A DNA stretch of 64,000 bases, taken from NCBI GenBank assembly GCA_041499635.1, contig JBGQKT010000001.1, positions 2,195-66,194 on the forward strand, in the 5' to 3' direction. Every line of letters starts with the position of its first letter. The first letter of the stretch is position 1. The notes beneath the pieces were generated by a model that had not been told where the DNA came from, searched no databases, and was given only the letters and a program-made list of their open reading frames with translations. The position numbers and the translations under genes are program-made. Origin of the DNA: Gemmatimonadaceae bacterium. Its GTDB lineage: Bacteria; Gemmatimonadota; Gemmatimonadetes; Gemmatimonadales; Gemmatimonadaceae. Below, piece after piece: positions 19,360 to 28,648 of this stretch.

Positions 19360-20073
19360 ATGCGAAATCACATCATAGTGGCAGCAGTGGCAGTTTTAGC
19401 GCCAATATCAGCGCATACTCAAGCCATTAATGCGCCATTTGAACCCCAAGTTGCAGTCTCGGCACATGGCGAAGTTCATGTCTCGCCAGATCGAGCAACT
19501 ATTCAAGTCAGCGTACAGACGCGAGCTACGACTGCTGCCACAGCTGCTAGCGAAAACGCGACAAAACAAGCAGCCGTAATCCAGGTTTTACGCAATTTGG
19601 GACTAGGCAACGATCAGATCTCTACTATTAACTACAGCGTCTATCCTGAACAGCGTTACGAGCCGAACAAAGAACCGGTAGTCGTCGGCTACAACGTCAT
19701 GAATACAATCTCCATTGACGTGAAAAAACTCGACCAGGTTGGGACTGTCATCGACGCTTCTCTGAAGAACGGGGCCAATATGATTACGTCGCTTCAATTT
19801 TACGCCTCAAGTACAGAGGAGGCCCGTCGCACTGCCATCGCATCCGCAGTGCAGAAGGCTCGCTTGGACGCTGACGCAGCTGCACGAGCGGCGGGCGGCA
19901 CAATCGGTGGATTATTGGAAGTGAACGTTGGTGCTTACTATGCCCCTCCTCCGCGGCCGATGGCGATGCTCAAGACAACGGCAGCAGCCGATCAGGCGCC
20001 GACTCCTATCAACCCTGGCGACCAGACGGTTTCCGTCGACATAACTACGCGATGGAGATTCAACGCCAAATAG
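19360..20073 (+). CDS. SIMPL-domain (DUF541) periplasmic protein
   Basis: Signal peptide, VSAHGEVHVSPDRA, A..NA.K...V, G.N.I..L.F, PINPGDQTVSVDITTRW. Confidence 0.9.
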   Translation: MRNHIIVAAVAVLAPISAHTQAINAPFEPQVAVSAHGEVHVSPDRATIQVSVQTRATTAATAASENATKQAAVIQVLRNLGLGNDQISTINYSVYPEQRYEPNKEPVVVGYNVMNTISIDVKKLDQVGTVIDASLKNGANMITSLQFYASSTEEARRTAIASAVQKARLDADAAARAAGGTIGGLLEVNVGAYYAPPPRPMAMLKTTAAADQAPTPINPGDQTVSVDITTRWRFNAK

Positions 20074-20086
20074 AGCGCTTTCGCGA

Positions 20087-20102
20087 TTTTTCACGTGACA
20101 CA
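20087..20102. promoter_or_regulatory. Candidate parS site
   Basis: TTTTTCACGTGACACA has 2 mismatches to consensus TGTTTCACGTGAAACA and lies 75 bp upstream of parA. Confidence 0.65.
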
Positions 20103-20177
20103 TTGGCCAAGCTGAGGCCTGCCAACTGATCGCAACGGGGGCTACATTCTCCGCTTCGCAACTGTTCCGGGTTTGTT

Positions 20178-20969
20178 GTGGCCAAAATCATTGCTGTCGC
20201 AAATCAGAAAGGCGGAGTCGGAAAAACTACTACCGCAGTTAATCTGGCGGCAAGCTTGGCCGCAGCCGAACAACGAGTACTACTGGTAGACGGGGATCCA
20301 CAGGGAAACGCTACCAGTGGTGTCGGATTGAGAGCCGCTGATTTGTCCCGCACCCTCTACGACGTTTTAATATCGAAGGCCGCAATTGCCGATATTCGCC
20401 AGAGAGACGTAGCGCTAAGGCATCTCGATGTAGCGCCTGCAACCCCTGACTTGGCAGGCGCCGAAGTTGAACTGATCGATCTGCCTCACCGAGAGCACGT
20501 GATGCGAGACGCATTACGGCCAATATCTAATGAATACGATTTCATTCTGATCGATTGCCCTCCGTCACTAGGACTCTTGACCCTGAACATGCTGACCGCG
20601 GCTGATGCCGTTCTTATTCCGCTACAGTGTGAGTATTACGCGCTGGAGGGACTTTCACAGCTTCTCAACAGCGTACATCGAATTCAGCAGGGACCAAACG
20701 AGCAGCTATCGATCGCCGGCGTATTGCTCACGATGTACGACTCTCGCTTGAACCTGTCGAGACAAGTTGCAGAAGATGCAAGAGACTACTTTGGAACGAA
20801 GGTTTTTTCAAACGTGATTCCGAGAAATGTTCGCTTGGCTGAGGCACCGAGTTTCGGGAAACCAATAATCCTGTATGACATCGGCTCGGTAGGAGCAAAA
20901 GCATACATGAGTGTTGCAAAAGAATTGATAGAGCGCTCGAGTTCCAGAGGATCGACAAATGGCATCTGA
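20178..20969 (+). CDS. parA: Chromosome partitioning ATPase ParA/Soj
   Basis: NQKGGVGKTT deviant Walker A, DPQGNAT, DCPPSLG, EYYALEG, IPRNVRLAEAPSFG. Confidence 0.97.
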   Translation: MAKIIAVANQKGGVGKTTTAVNLAASLAAAEQRVLLVDGDPQGNATSGVGLRAADLSRTLYDVLISKAAIADIRQRDVALRHLDVAPATPDLAGAEVELIDLPHREHVMRDALRPISNEYDFILIDCPPSLGLLTLNMLTAADAVLIPLQCEYYALEGLSQLLNSVHRIQQGPNEQLSIAGVLLTMYDSRLNLSRQVAEDARDYFGTKVFSNVIPRNVRLAEAPSFGKPIILYDIGSVGAKAYMSVAKELIERSSSRGSTNGI

Positions 20970-21861
20970 AAAAACTCCAAGACGACTTGGTCGAGGTCTC
21001 GACGCTTTATTCAAGGCAACCCAGGATTCCGAAGAAGACACTGGTGGAGTACTCAAAGAGATTTCTCTGAGGGAGATTCGAAAGAATCCATTTCAGCCGA
21101 GGAAGGATTTCAGTCCACAGGCTCTCAAAGAGCTTCAGGATAGCTTGAGCTCATCTGGACTGCTGCAGCCAATAACGGTCAGACGCACACGTAAGGGCAG
21201 GGAGCAATACGAGCTGGTCACGGGAGAGAGACGTCTCCGCGCAGCAACCGAACTCGGATGGGCAACAATCAGCGCAGTCGTCAAGGAAATGGACGATCGT
21301 GATTTGTTGGCACTCGCCCTGGTGGAGAACCTACAGCGGAGCGACCTGAATCCCATAGAAGAAGCTGAGGGCTACAATCAACTAATCATTGAATTCGGAC
21401 ACACGCAGCAGACGATTGCATCGATGGTAGGACGGGATCGATCTACCGTGGCCAACATGCTTCGAATACTGCAGCTTCCCGACAAAGTCCGTCAAATGAT
21501 TCGAGACGGATCGCTTTCCACTGGACAGGCGCGGCCGCTTCTGGCATTGGCGGATGAAGCAAGAATCATCGAGCTGGCTCACGAGGTTGTCAGCAAAAGT
21601 CTCAGCGCCCGTGAAGTCGAGCAGCGCGTTCGCAGCGCTCCTAAGAAAAGCGCAGGACCCAAGCGTGGCCGCCCGCAGAAAGTCGACTCCAGACCTCCCG
21701 AAATTCGAAGCATCGAAGAGCGACTCAGACGCTTCCTGCAAACAGATGTTTTAGTGAGCTTCCAACTCCCAAACAGTGGCACCATCAAAATATCGTTCTA
21801 CTCCGCAGACGATCTCGAGCGGATCATCGAGCAAATGGGCGCTACTCAAAATCCACAATAA
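20959..21861 (+). CDS. parB: Chromosome partitioning protein ParB/Spo0J
   Basis: RRLGRGLDAL, NPFQPR, GERRLRA CTPase motif, ENLQRSDLNPIEEA, HTH GRDRSTVANMLR. Confidence 0.97.
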   Translation: MASEKTPRRLGRGLDALFKATQDSEEDTGGVLKEISLREIRKNPFQPRKDFSPQALKELQDSLSSSGLLQPITVRRTRKGREQYELVTGERRLRAATELGWATISAVVKEMDDRDLLALALVENLQRSDLNPIEEAEGYNQLIIEFGHTQQTIASMVGRDRSTVANMLRILQLPDKVRQMIRDGSLSTGQARPLLALADEARIIELAHEVVSKSLSAREVEQRVRSAPKKSAGPKRGRPQKVDSRPPEIRSIEERLRRFLQTDVLVSFQLPNSGTIKISFYSADDLERIIEQMGATQNPQ

Positions 21862-21972
21862 TTTCCACAATCGTTAATTCATTGACTGGTAACATCTTAT
21901 GAGCACGCGTCGACTTGAATGGAAGTGGATTTACACAGCGTCTGTCGATATTACCACCTTCGCCACAACGAA

Positions 21973-22776
21973 ATGAGTCAGCGAAAGAGGGGCGTTGGCA
22001 GAACACCACTTTCTAAAATCGTCATGTATCTCGACAAACTCCTCGAGACATCTAGTACGCCCGACTACCCAAATGCATTCAACGGTTTACAGCTTTCGAA
22101 CAGCGGCCTCGTAACGAAGGTTGCCGCAGCTGTCGATTTCTCTGCAAGAACTATTAGCGCCACGATCTCGGAAAAAGCAAATCTATTAATTGTCCATCAC
22201 GGAATGTTTTGGGCAGGGCTTCAGCCAATAACACAGAGAGCATACCAGCGTATTCATGATCTCTTTGATGCTGATATCGCTGTTTATTCATCGCATCTGC
22301 CGTTGGATCGTCACGCTTGCTTCGGCAATAACGTGTTGTTGGCGAAACAACTCGGCTTGGAGCCATCCCAACCGTTTGCAAGATTCAAGGACATTCACGT
22401 TGGCGTCCAGGGTACCTCAGGGCTACTGACATCGACGCTCATTCATCGCGCGAAACAATTCGCGCGCGCGCACGGTGGAGATATTGTCGTTACAGATACA
22501 TCGGACGCGAGTCGAATGACACGTCGTTGGGCAATCTGCACCGGTGCTGGTGCCTCTGCTGAAACATTGAATGAAGCTGACCACGGCGGGATTGATACGC
22601 TGATCGTCGGTGAAGGTCCACACTGGACGGCCATAGATGCGGCCGACCGTGGAATAACAATCATTTACGCAGGACACTACGCGTCCGAAACCCTCGGGGT
22701 TTTTGCACTGGCCGACGAGGTTAGTCGGAAATTTCAACTCGAATGCACAAGAATTTCCGCACCTACCGGACTATAA
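21973..22776 (+). CDS. Nif3-like dinuclear metal-centre hexameric protein
   Basis: DYPNAFNGLQ, LIVHHGMFW, YSSHLPLD, ICTGAG, IVGE, AGHYASE. Confidence 0.93.
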   Translation: MSQRKRGVGRTPLSKIVMYLDKLLETSSTPDYPNAFNGLQLSNSGLVTKVAAAVDFSARTISATISEKANLLIVHHGMFWAGLQPITQRAYQRIHDLFDADIAVYSSHLPLDRHACFGNNVLLAKQLGLEPSQPFARFKDIHVGVQGTSGLLTSTLIHRAKQFARAHGGDIVVTDTSDASRMTRRWAICTGAGASAETLNEADHGGIDTLIVGEGPHWTAIDAADRGITIIYAGHYASETLGVFALADEVSRKFQLECTRISAPTGL

Positions 22777-22894
22777 ACGAATTCGCAAAATCAGGACCAC
22801 GCCACTTGTAAGAACGACTGCTGTTGAGTTGAGCCATATCAGCAAAACACTGCATGTTCGTGTCATCGGTGACCATTTCAAGATTGATCATAGT

Positions 22895-23818
22895 TCAGCA
22901 GCCAGTGTACGCACTTTTCCAAATAAGTTGCCAAGAGCTCCCTGAGATTTTTTCCAGCAGTCCGACCTTTCCGCCATCTTCGTAGTCAAACGAAACCACG
23001 ATAGCCAAATGACCAGTCTTGGCAATTTTTATTGCTGCCAGAAGATCAGTGGTTTCGAGAGATTCCTCCGCGCCAGCAGAAATCATGTGAAACGCGAGCC
23101 GATAGCCACCGACTATTGATCGCCGCTCAGCAATAACGAGGACGTGTTCTTCCCTCGGGTTTGCTTCTTCGTTGATCTTCCGAACAACCTCTGCGACGAT
23201 CACTGGGAATTCCGGAACGACCAGCCGATAAGCGTTTCTCACTGAGAACGGAATTCCCCTGAACGCGGCATCCCCGTCCCGAGGGAGACGCGACGCAACA
23301 TCCAGCACGTCACCAATCAGTGTGATGGAGTCTCTGCTCTGCATCGCATCGATCGAAACCACCTCGATCGCTTGTGCTCTACCCGCTTTGAGACCAATTC
23401 TCCATTGAGTAGGAACGACACCGGCAAGTCGTCCTTCGGGCCAGGTCAGACAACCGGCAGCTTCAGCTGGTTGAGACGAAACGTGCAGTACCGAGCTACC
23501 AACGAATCCCCGTAAACTGAAAAGATCGAGAGCTGTATTCTCGAGACCACTTAGCTCGAAATGCTTCGTCGAGCTGAGCAGGCTATCTGTCAGCCCTGGA
23601 AGCACGATTGCAGCGTCAATTGAGTCGCTACCTGGTATGACCATAAACGACCCAGCAGCTGAATCCCATCCTGTTGCAGACGTCAAACCCGTTACTGTCT
23701 GACGCGCATTCATTACGGATGCAGAATCAGGATTGACGCGTGGCTTCTCACCACGGCATGCAGCAAAAACAACAATGCTCAATATAGAGCGATACAAAAC
23801 AGCACGGCTCGAGTTCAC
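22895..23818 (-). CDS. Hypothetical lipoprotein
   Basis: Long ORF with FAAC lipobox-like site near the N-terminus; start uncertain (GTG 23818 or TTG 23797). Confidence 0.7.
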   Translation of the reverse strand: MNSSRAVLYRSILSIVVFAACRGEKPRVNPDSASVMNARQTVTGLTSATGWDSAAGSFMVIPGSDSIDAAIVLPGLTDSLLSSTKHFELSGLENTALDLFSLRGFVGSSVLHVSSQPAEAAGCLTWPEGRLAGVVPTQWRIGLKAGRAQAIEVVSIDAMQSRDSITLIGDVLDVASRLPRDGDAAFRGIPFSVRNAYRLVVPEFPVIVAEVVRKINEEANPREEHVLVIAERRSIVGGYRLAFHMISAGAEESLETTDLLAAIKIAKTGHLAIVVSFDYEDGGKVGLLEKISGSSWQLIWKSAYTGC

Positions 23819-23884
23819 GAATGATAATTTGTGGGCTTCAATGCGCTGCCGTCGAGCAACGAACCAAGAACATGGACGATCATT

Positions 23885-25315
23885 ATGCCTCATGCCCCTC
23901 ATCCGAAGCCGATAATCACGACCGAGGGAGAGTTGGTTGCCACAAGAGCGCCAGCAAGGGAGCGATGGAGCTGGGCGTTGTACGACTTCGCAAATACGAT
24001 CTTTTCAATGAATATCGCGACGTTGTATTTCGCGGTTTGGTTAGTGTCAGATCTCCACGCATCAAACACAATGGTTGCGCTCGGCAATGGTATCTCGTCG
24101 GCTTTGATTGCTTTTTCGATTCCAGTTTTTGGAGCTATCTCCGATGCCACTCAACGACGTAAGCCATGGGTCGTTTGGTTCACTGTTCTGGCCTGCGTAG
24201 CGACGGCTGCAATGGGCGTCGTCGGCCAGATCTTCGTCCCGCTTATTGGAGATTCAATTCGCGATCCCGCTGCGATCACGACATACACGCTTAATGGAGG
24301 TGTCGCAGTTTTGATCGTTGCATCCTTTGTCCTGGCAAACTACGCATACCAGGGAGCGCTTCCATTTTACAATGCCATGATGCCTGAGCTCGTTCCAGTT
24401 GAGGAGCAAGGCCGCCTATCAGGAATCGGAACTGCCCTCGGCTACTTTGGCGCCATTGTCGGTGTCCTGCTGGTTACCCCCTTCTTCAGCAGCTCGATGC
24501 CATTAGTAGGAAATATTCCATCAAACGTGATGGATTTCCTCAGATTGATACTGCCGTTCACGTCACATGGTGGAAGAGTATCGACGTTTGTTCCAACAGG
24601 AGTGCTTTTTCTCGCATTCTCGCTACCCCTTTTCATTTTCTGCAAGGATCACAACGTACGCTCTGGAATAAGGGCGCCCTGGAGAGCCGCATTCGTTGAG
24701 GTCGGTCATACCGTGCGCGATGCGAAGCAATATCCGGGATCGCTTCGATTTCTTTTAGCGTCGTTCCTCTATCAAGACGCAATAGGGACAATCATTGCGA
24801 ACATGGCGCTCTATGCGGTCATGGCGATGGGTTTCAAGAAAGGGCTCGAGACAACTCTATTCGTCGTGCTTACCGTCCCAGCTGTTATTGGGAGCTATGC
24901 GATAGGTCGTTTGGTAGACAGGATCGGCCCGAAACGAAGTTTGGTTTTCACGATTGTGGCTTGGGTAATTCTCTTGTTCGCAATGATCATGGTGCCAAAT
25001 CGAACTGCGTTCTGGATCGTCGGCGCAGCGATTGGATTGATATTCGGCGGAGTGGCAACTGCTGAGCGTCCATTATTACTGACACTCATTCCAGACGTTG
25101 AGGCAGGACGATTCTTCAGCCTTATGGTTCTGTCATCGCGCGCTGCTGCGATCCTTGGCCCATTCATATGGGCTTTCACGGTTGACGGACTTCTCCTCTC
25201 GTTTGGAACAGCGGTCGCTTATCGTGCTGGAGTTGCAACTGTTGCCGTAGGAATGGTCGCGTCGCTCATTTTGCTGTGGGGCGTTCCGGACAACTGGAAA
25301 AGAAAAGAACTATGA
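23885..25315 (+). CDS. MFS transporter (UMF1/ATG22-like)
   Basis: SWALYDFANTIF, GAISDATQRRK, FYNAMMPEL, GRLSGIGTALGY, about 12 TM helices. Confidence 0.9.
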   Translation: MPHAPHPKPIITTEGELVATRAPARERWSWALYDFANTIFSMNIATLYFAVWLVSDLHASNTMVALGNGISSALIAFSIPVFGAISDATQRRKPWVVWFTVLACVATAAMGVVGQIFVPLIGDSIRDPAAITTYTLNGGVAVLIVASFVLANYAYQGALPFYNAMMPELVPVEEQGRLSGIGTALGYFGAIVGVLLVTPFFSSSMPLVGNIPSNVMDFLRLILPFTSHGGRVSTFVPTGVLFLAFSLPLFIFCKDHNVRSGIRAPWRAAFVEVGHTVRDAKQYPGSLRFLLASFLYQDAIGTIIANMALYAVMAMGFKKGLETTLFVVLTVPAVIGSYAIGRLVDRIGPKRSLVFTIVAWVILLFAMIMVPNRTAFWIVGAAIGLIFGGVATAERPLLLTLIPDVEAGRFFSLMVLSSRAAAILGPFIWAFTVDGLLLSFGTAVAYRAGVATVAVGMVASLILLWGVPDNWKRKEL

Positions 25316-28249
25316 CTCTTTTGTCTCGACCCAGTTCCTGCCTGTGCCTACATCTACGACGAGAGGCACAGAAAGAGTTGCTGCATTCTCCATCTCGTAA
25401 CGCACTATTTCTTCGAGCCGAGAAAGCTCATCAGAGGGTGATTCGAACACGAGCTCATCGTGTACCTGAAGAAGCATCTTGGCAGCAAGCTTCTCCTCAC
25501 GAAGAACCTTCTCAATTCTGATCATCGCAAGCTTGATGAGATCTGCAGCAGAACCTTGAATTGGTGAATTCGCGGCGACGCGCTCTCCGAACGCACGAAT
25601 ATTAGAATTCCGCTCTCTCAGCTCCGGAATGTATCGTCGGCGTCCAAAAATCGTCTCGACGTAACCATTCTCTCGTGCGAACTCGACCATGCTATCCAGA
25701 TAGCGACGAATACCACTGAAGCGCTCGAAGTAACGAGCGATGAAAGTGCGAGCATCAGCAAAGTCTATTTTAAGCTGACGAGAAAGTGCATGCGCTCCCT
25801 GACCATAGATTGTGGCAAAATTGATTGTCTTCGCCCTCGACCGCATTTCTGGAGTCACACTGTCGAGAGAAACGTCAAATACAATCGCTGCAGTTTGCTT
25901 GTGAATGTCGCCACCTGCGTTGAAAGCCTCCACAAATGCCGTATCTCCCGACAGATGGGCGAGAAGCCGGAGCTCTATTTGCGAATAGTCGGCAGCCAAC
26001 AGAGTCCAGCCTGAGCGCGGTACGAATCCTCGGCGGATGTCACGCCCAAGCTCTCTTCTGATAGGAATATTCTGGAGATTTGGATCGCTGGAAGACAGGC
26101 GGCCACTTGTCGCTACGGTTTGGTTGAATGAAGTATGCAGTCGCCCCGTAAGCGGGTTCACGAGTTCCGGCAATGCATCGAGGTAGGTGTTCTCCAGCTT
26201 CGATAGCTCCCGATACTCCATGAGCAATGACGGCAAGGCATGGCCGGCATTGGCTAACTCCTGCAAAACTGTCACATCAGTTGAAGGCCCCGTGCTGGTC
26301 TTCTTCAAAACAGGCAGCTCGAGTCGTGTGAACAGAATCTCTCGTAGCTGAAGATTCGAGTTGATGTTGAACTCAACTCCAGCTGCTTCGTATATCTGCT
26401 TTTCCACCGCTTCTCTTTCAGCGCGAAAGCGACGCTTCAGTGACCTGAACCACTCGAGGTCAATTGTGATTCCTGACCACTCCATATCAGCTAGCACACC
26501 TACCAACGGCATTTCCACATTGTCGAACAAACTGCGAGCATGCGTCGTTTCCAGCTGTAGCTCAAAGATCGAGCGCAGTTGCAGGGTCATATCAGCATCT
26601 TCGCAGGAGTAGTCTCTCGCTCCTTCTATCAAACACTCGTCAAATGGAATTGCCGATCGTCCTTTTCCACAGAGGTCACTATAGGAGACCATTGTATGGT
26701 CAAGAAATTCGAGAGCGAGCACATCCAGACCGTGTGACCGTCGGCTCGGATCTAATACATAGCTCGCCACCATTGTATCGAAGTCCAGTCCTCGAAGGTT
26801 GACGCCGGCTCTGCGCAAAACGAGCAAATCATATTTCGCATTCTGCGCAGTCTTCCTAACCGAAGGATCCTCAAGAAGAGTCTTCAGTGGTTGCATCTCG
26901 GTTGAATTGAGCGGCGGCAGGTTTCGAACTGCGCTTTCCTGGGAGCCCGCACCGTTCGTCAGCGTAGTCGAGAGCTTGGATTTACGTTTTGGCTTGGACG
27001 CAATCGGGTCATCTCCTCCACGGATTAAGCCACGCTCAGCTGGCGCATCGGTGGCCGCACGATCACCTGGTGCATCAATTAGCAACTCGCTTTGGATGCC
27101 TCTCCGTTGTACATGACCGAAGGGGAGATAGTAGGCCTTTCCCGGAGCGGTGGCGATCGCCAAAGAAACCAACTTCGATCGCAGCGGATCGCCCCTCGGT
27201 GGGTTGCCCGTATCAACGAGCGTTTCAGTATCGATCGAGATCATTCCCGTTTGTCTTGCAGCTTCTACCAACCTCAACACATCATCGGCGGTATCGACCG
27301 TTTGATATTGAGTTCGAGGCCGAGCAGGCGCTCCCTGTTGGGGGACAGACGGCACAACCACGGCCTTGGCAAGAGAATGAAATTCCAGCTCCACATAAAG
27401 ATCCCGTAGCCGACTTGTGTCCGGCTCCTGAACTTTCATGACATCGAGCTCGAGGCGAACCGGCAAATCATCACGAATTGTTACTAATTCTTTGGAAAGC
27501 CTAGCATTCTCCGCAAATTCAAGAAGGGCTTCACGAGGTCGCTTCTTGGGGATGTCTGCTGCGTGCGCAAGAATCGACTCCAGATGACCGTATTCATTGA
27601 CCAGCTCGCAAGCTGTCTTGTCTCCAATCCCCCGAACACCAGGCACATTGTCAGAGGAATCGCCAACAAGAGCGAGATAGTCTGTTACGTGATCTGGAGC
27701 GACGCCAAGTCGCTCCTTTGCGTTCTCACTGCTTACCCAGTGTTCCTCGACGGCGGCAGAGCCACCGCGTCCTGGATTGAGAAGCCACACGCCGGGCCGG
27801 ACAAGCTGTTGAAAGTCCTTGTCGCCTGATATGACCACGACATTCAAATTCTGAGCAACACTTTGAGTCACCAGCGTTCCGATTACATCGTCCGCCTCAA
27901 ACCCTGGTAACGTGATAATTGGAATTCGATAAGCGTCGAGTATCTGACATATCCGATCCATGCCGCGATCAAAATCAGCTTGCAGGTCCTCGGTTAGCTT
28001 TTGACGAGTTGCTTTATACGCAGGATATCTCTCGTGACGAAATGAGAGACCGGAATCATGAACCCACGCTAGGTACTCGGGTTTATGATTCGCCAGCAAT
28101 CGCTGAAGGAAATTCACAATTCCCCACGCTGCTGACGTGTTTTCACCTTTGCTGGTAGTGAGTGGTCGGGAGATGAGAGCGTAAAAGGCGCGATAAATCA
28201 GCGCGTACCCATCCACAAGAAACAGACGGGGTGACTCGGGAAGCTTCAT
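25310..28249 (-). CDS. polA: DNA polymerase I
   Basis: 5'-nuclease LVDGYAL, EADD, GDKD; 3'-exo IDTET, NAKYD, YSCEDAD; polymerase DYSQIELR, RAKTINFATIYG, QVHDEL. Confidence 0.98.
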   Translation of the reverse strand: MKLPESPRLFLVDGYALIYRAFYALISRPLTTSKGENTSAAWGIVNFLQRLLANHKPEYLAWVHDSGLSFRHERYPAYKATRQKLTEDLQADFDRGMDRICQILDAYRIPIITLPGFEADDVIGTLVTQSVAQNLNVVVISGDKDFQQLVRPGVWLLNPGRGGSAAVEEHWVSSENAKERLGVAPDHVTDYLALVGDSSDNVPGVRGIGDKTACELVNEYGHLESILAHAADIPKKRPREALLEFAENARLSKELVTIRDDLPVRLELDVMKVQEPDTSRLRDLYVELEFHSLAKAVVVPSVPQQGAPARPRTQYQTVDTADDVLRLVEAARQTGMISIDTETLVDTGNPPRGDPLRSKLVSLAIATAPGKAYYLPFGHVQRRGIQSELLIDAPGDRAATDAPAERGLIRGGDDPIASKPKRKSKLSTTLTNGAGSQESAVRNLPPLNSTEMQPLKTLLEDPSVRKTAQNAKYDLLVLRRAGVNLRGLDFDTMVASYVLDPSRRSHGLDVLALEFLDHTMVSYSDLCGKGRSAIPFDECLIEGARDYSCEDADMTLQLRSIFELQLETTHARSLFDNVEMPLVGVLADMEWSGITIDLEWFRSLKRRFRAEREAVEKQIYEAAGVEFNINSNLQLREILFTRLELPVLKKTSTGPSTDVTVLQELANAGHALPSLLMEYRELSKLENTYLDALPELVNPLTGRLHTSFNQTVATSGRLSSSDPNLQNIPIRRELGRDIRRGFVPRSGWTLLAADYSQIELRLLAHLSGDTAFVEAFNAGGDIHKQTAAIVFDVSLDSVTPEMRSRAKTINFATIYGQGAHALSRQLKIDFADARTFIARYFERFSGIRRYLDSMVEFARENGYVETIFGRRRYIPELRERNSNIRAFGERVAANSPIQGSAADLIKLAMIRIEKVLREEKLAAKMLLQVHDELVFESPSDELSRLEEIVRYEMENAATLSVPLVVDVGTGRNWVETKES

Positions 28250-28262
28250 CCAGTCAATATAC

Positions 28263-28298
28263 AAAGCGCCCCGACGTCACACTCTACATCGGGGCGTT
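28263..28298 (-). terminator. Terminator of csp copy 2
   Basis: CGCCCCGA...TCGGGGCG stem followed by CTTTGT on the minus strand. Confidence 0.7.
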
Positions 28299-28339
28299 AT
28301 TACATCAGCGAATTATGTGTTTCGAAATTTCAGCCGCAG

Positions 28340-28543
28340 TTAAGTCTGCGCATGCACATTAGTCGCATGTAGTCCCTTGGTTCCTGTCTCGATTTCGAAT
28401 TCCACTTCTTGCCCTTCTGCAAGAGTTTTGAATCCATCCATCGAGATTGCGGAGAAGTGAACGAAGACGTCCTCACCCCCCTCCTGTTCAATGAAGCCGT
28501 AACCCTTTGCATCATTGAACCACTTTACCTTTCCGCGGGCCAT
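28340..28543 (-). CDS. Cold-shock protein (CspA family), copy 2
   Basis: [18 protein letters not shown]...VFVHFSAI; GGAGG SD. Confidence 0.96.
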   Translation of the reverse strand: MARGKVKWFNDAKGYGFIEQEGGEDVFVHFSAISMDGFKTLAEGQEVEFEIETGTKGLHATNVHAQT

Positions 28544-28576
28544 ATAACCGCCTCCGGCATTTATCCAGTGCGCGCC

Positions 28577-28605
28577 TATATAGAATCGGCCCGGAATTTT
28601 GTCAA
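28577..28605 (-). promoter_or_regulatory. Sigma70-type promoter of csp copy 2
   Basis: TTGACA (28605-28600), 17 bp, TATATA (28582-28577). Confidence 0.75.
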
Positions 28606-28648
28606 GGCAGTCTGAGGAGAGGCAAAAGCAGAGCTAACTGCCTATCTC

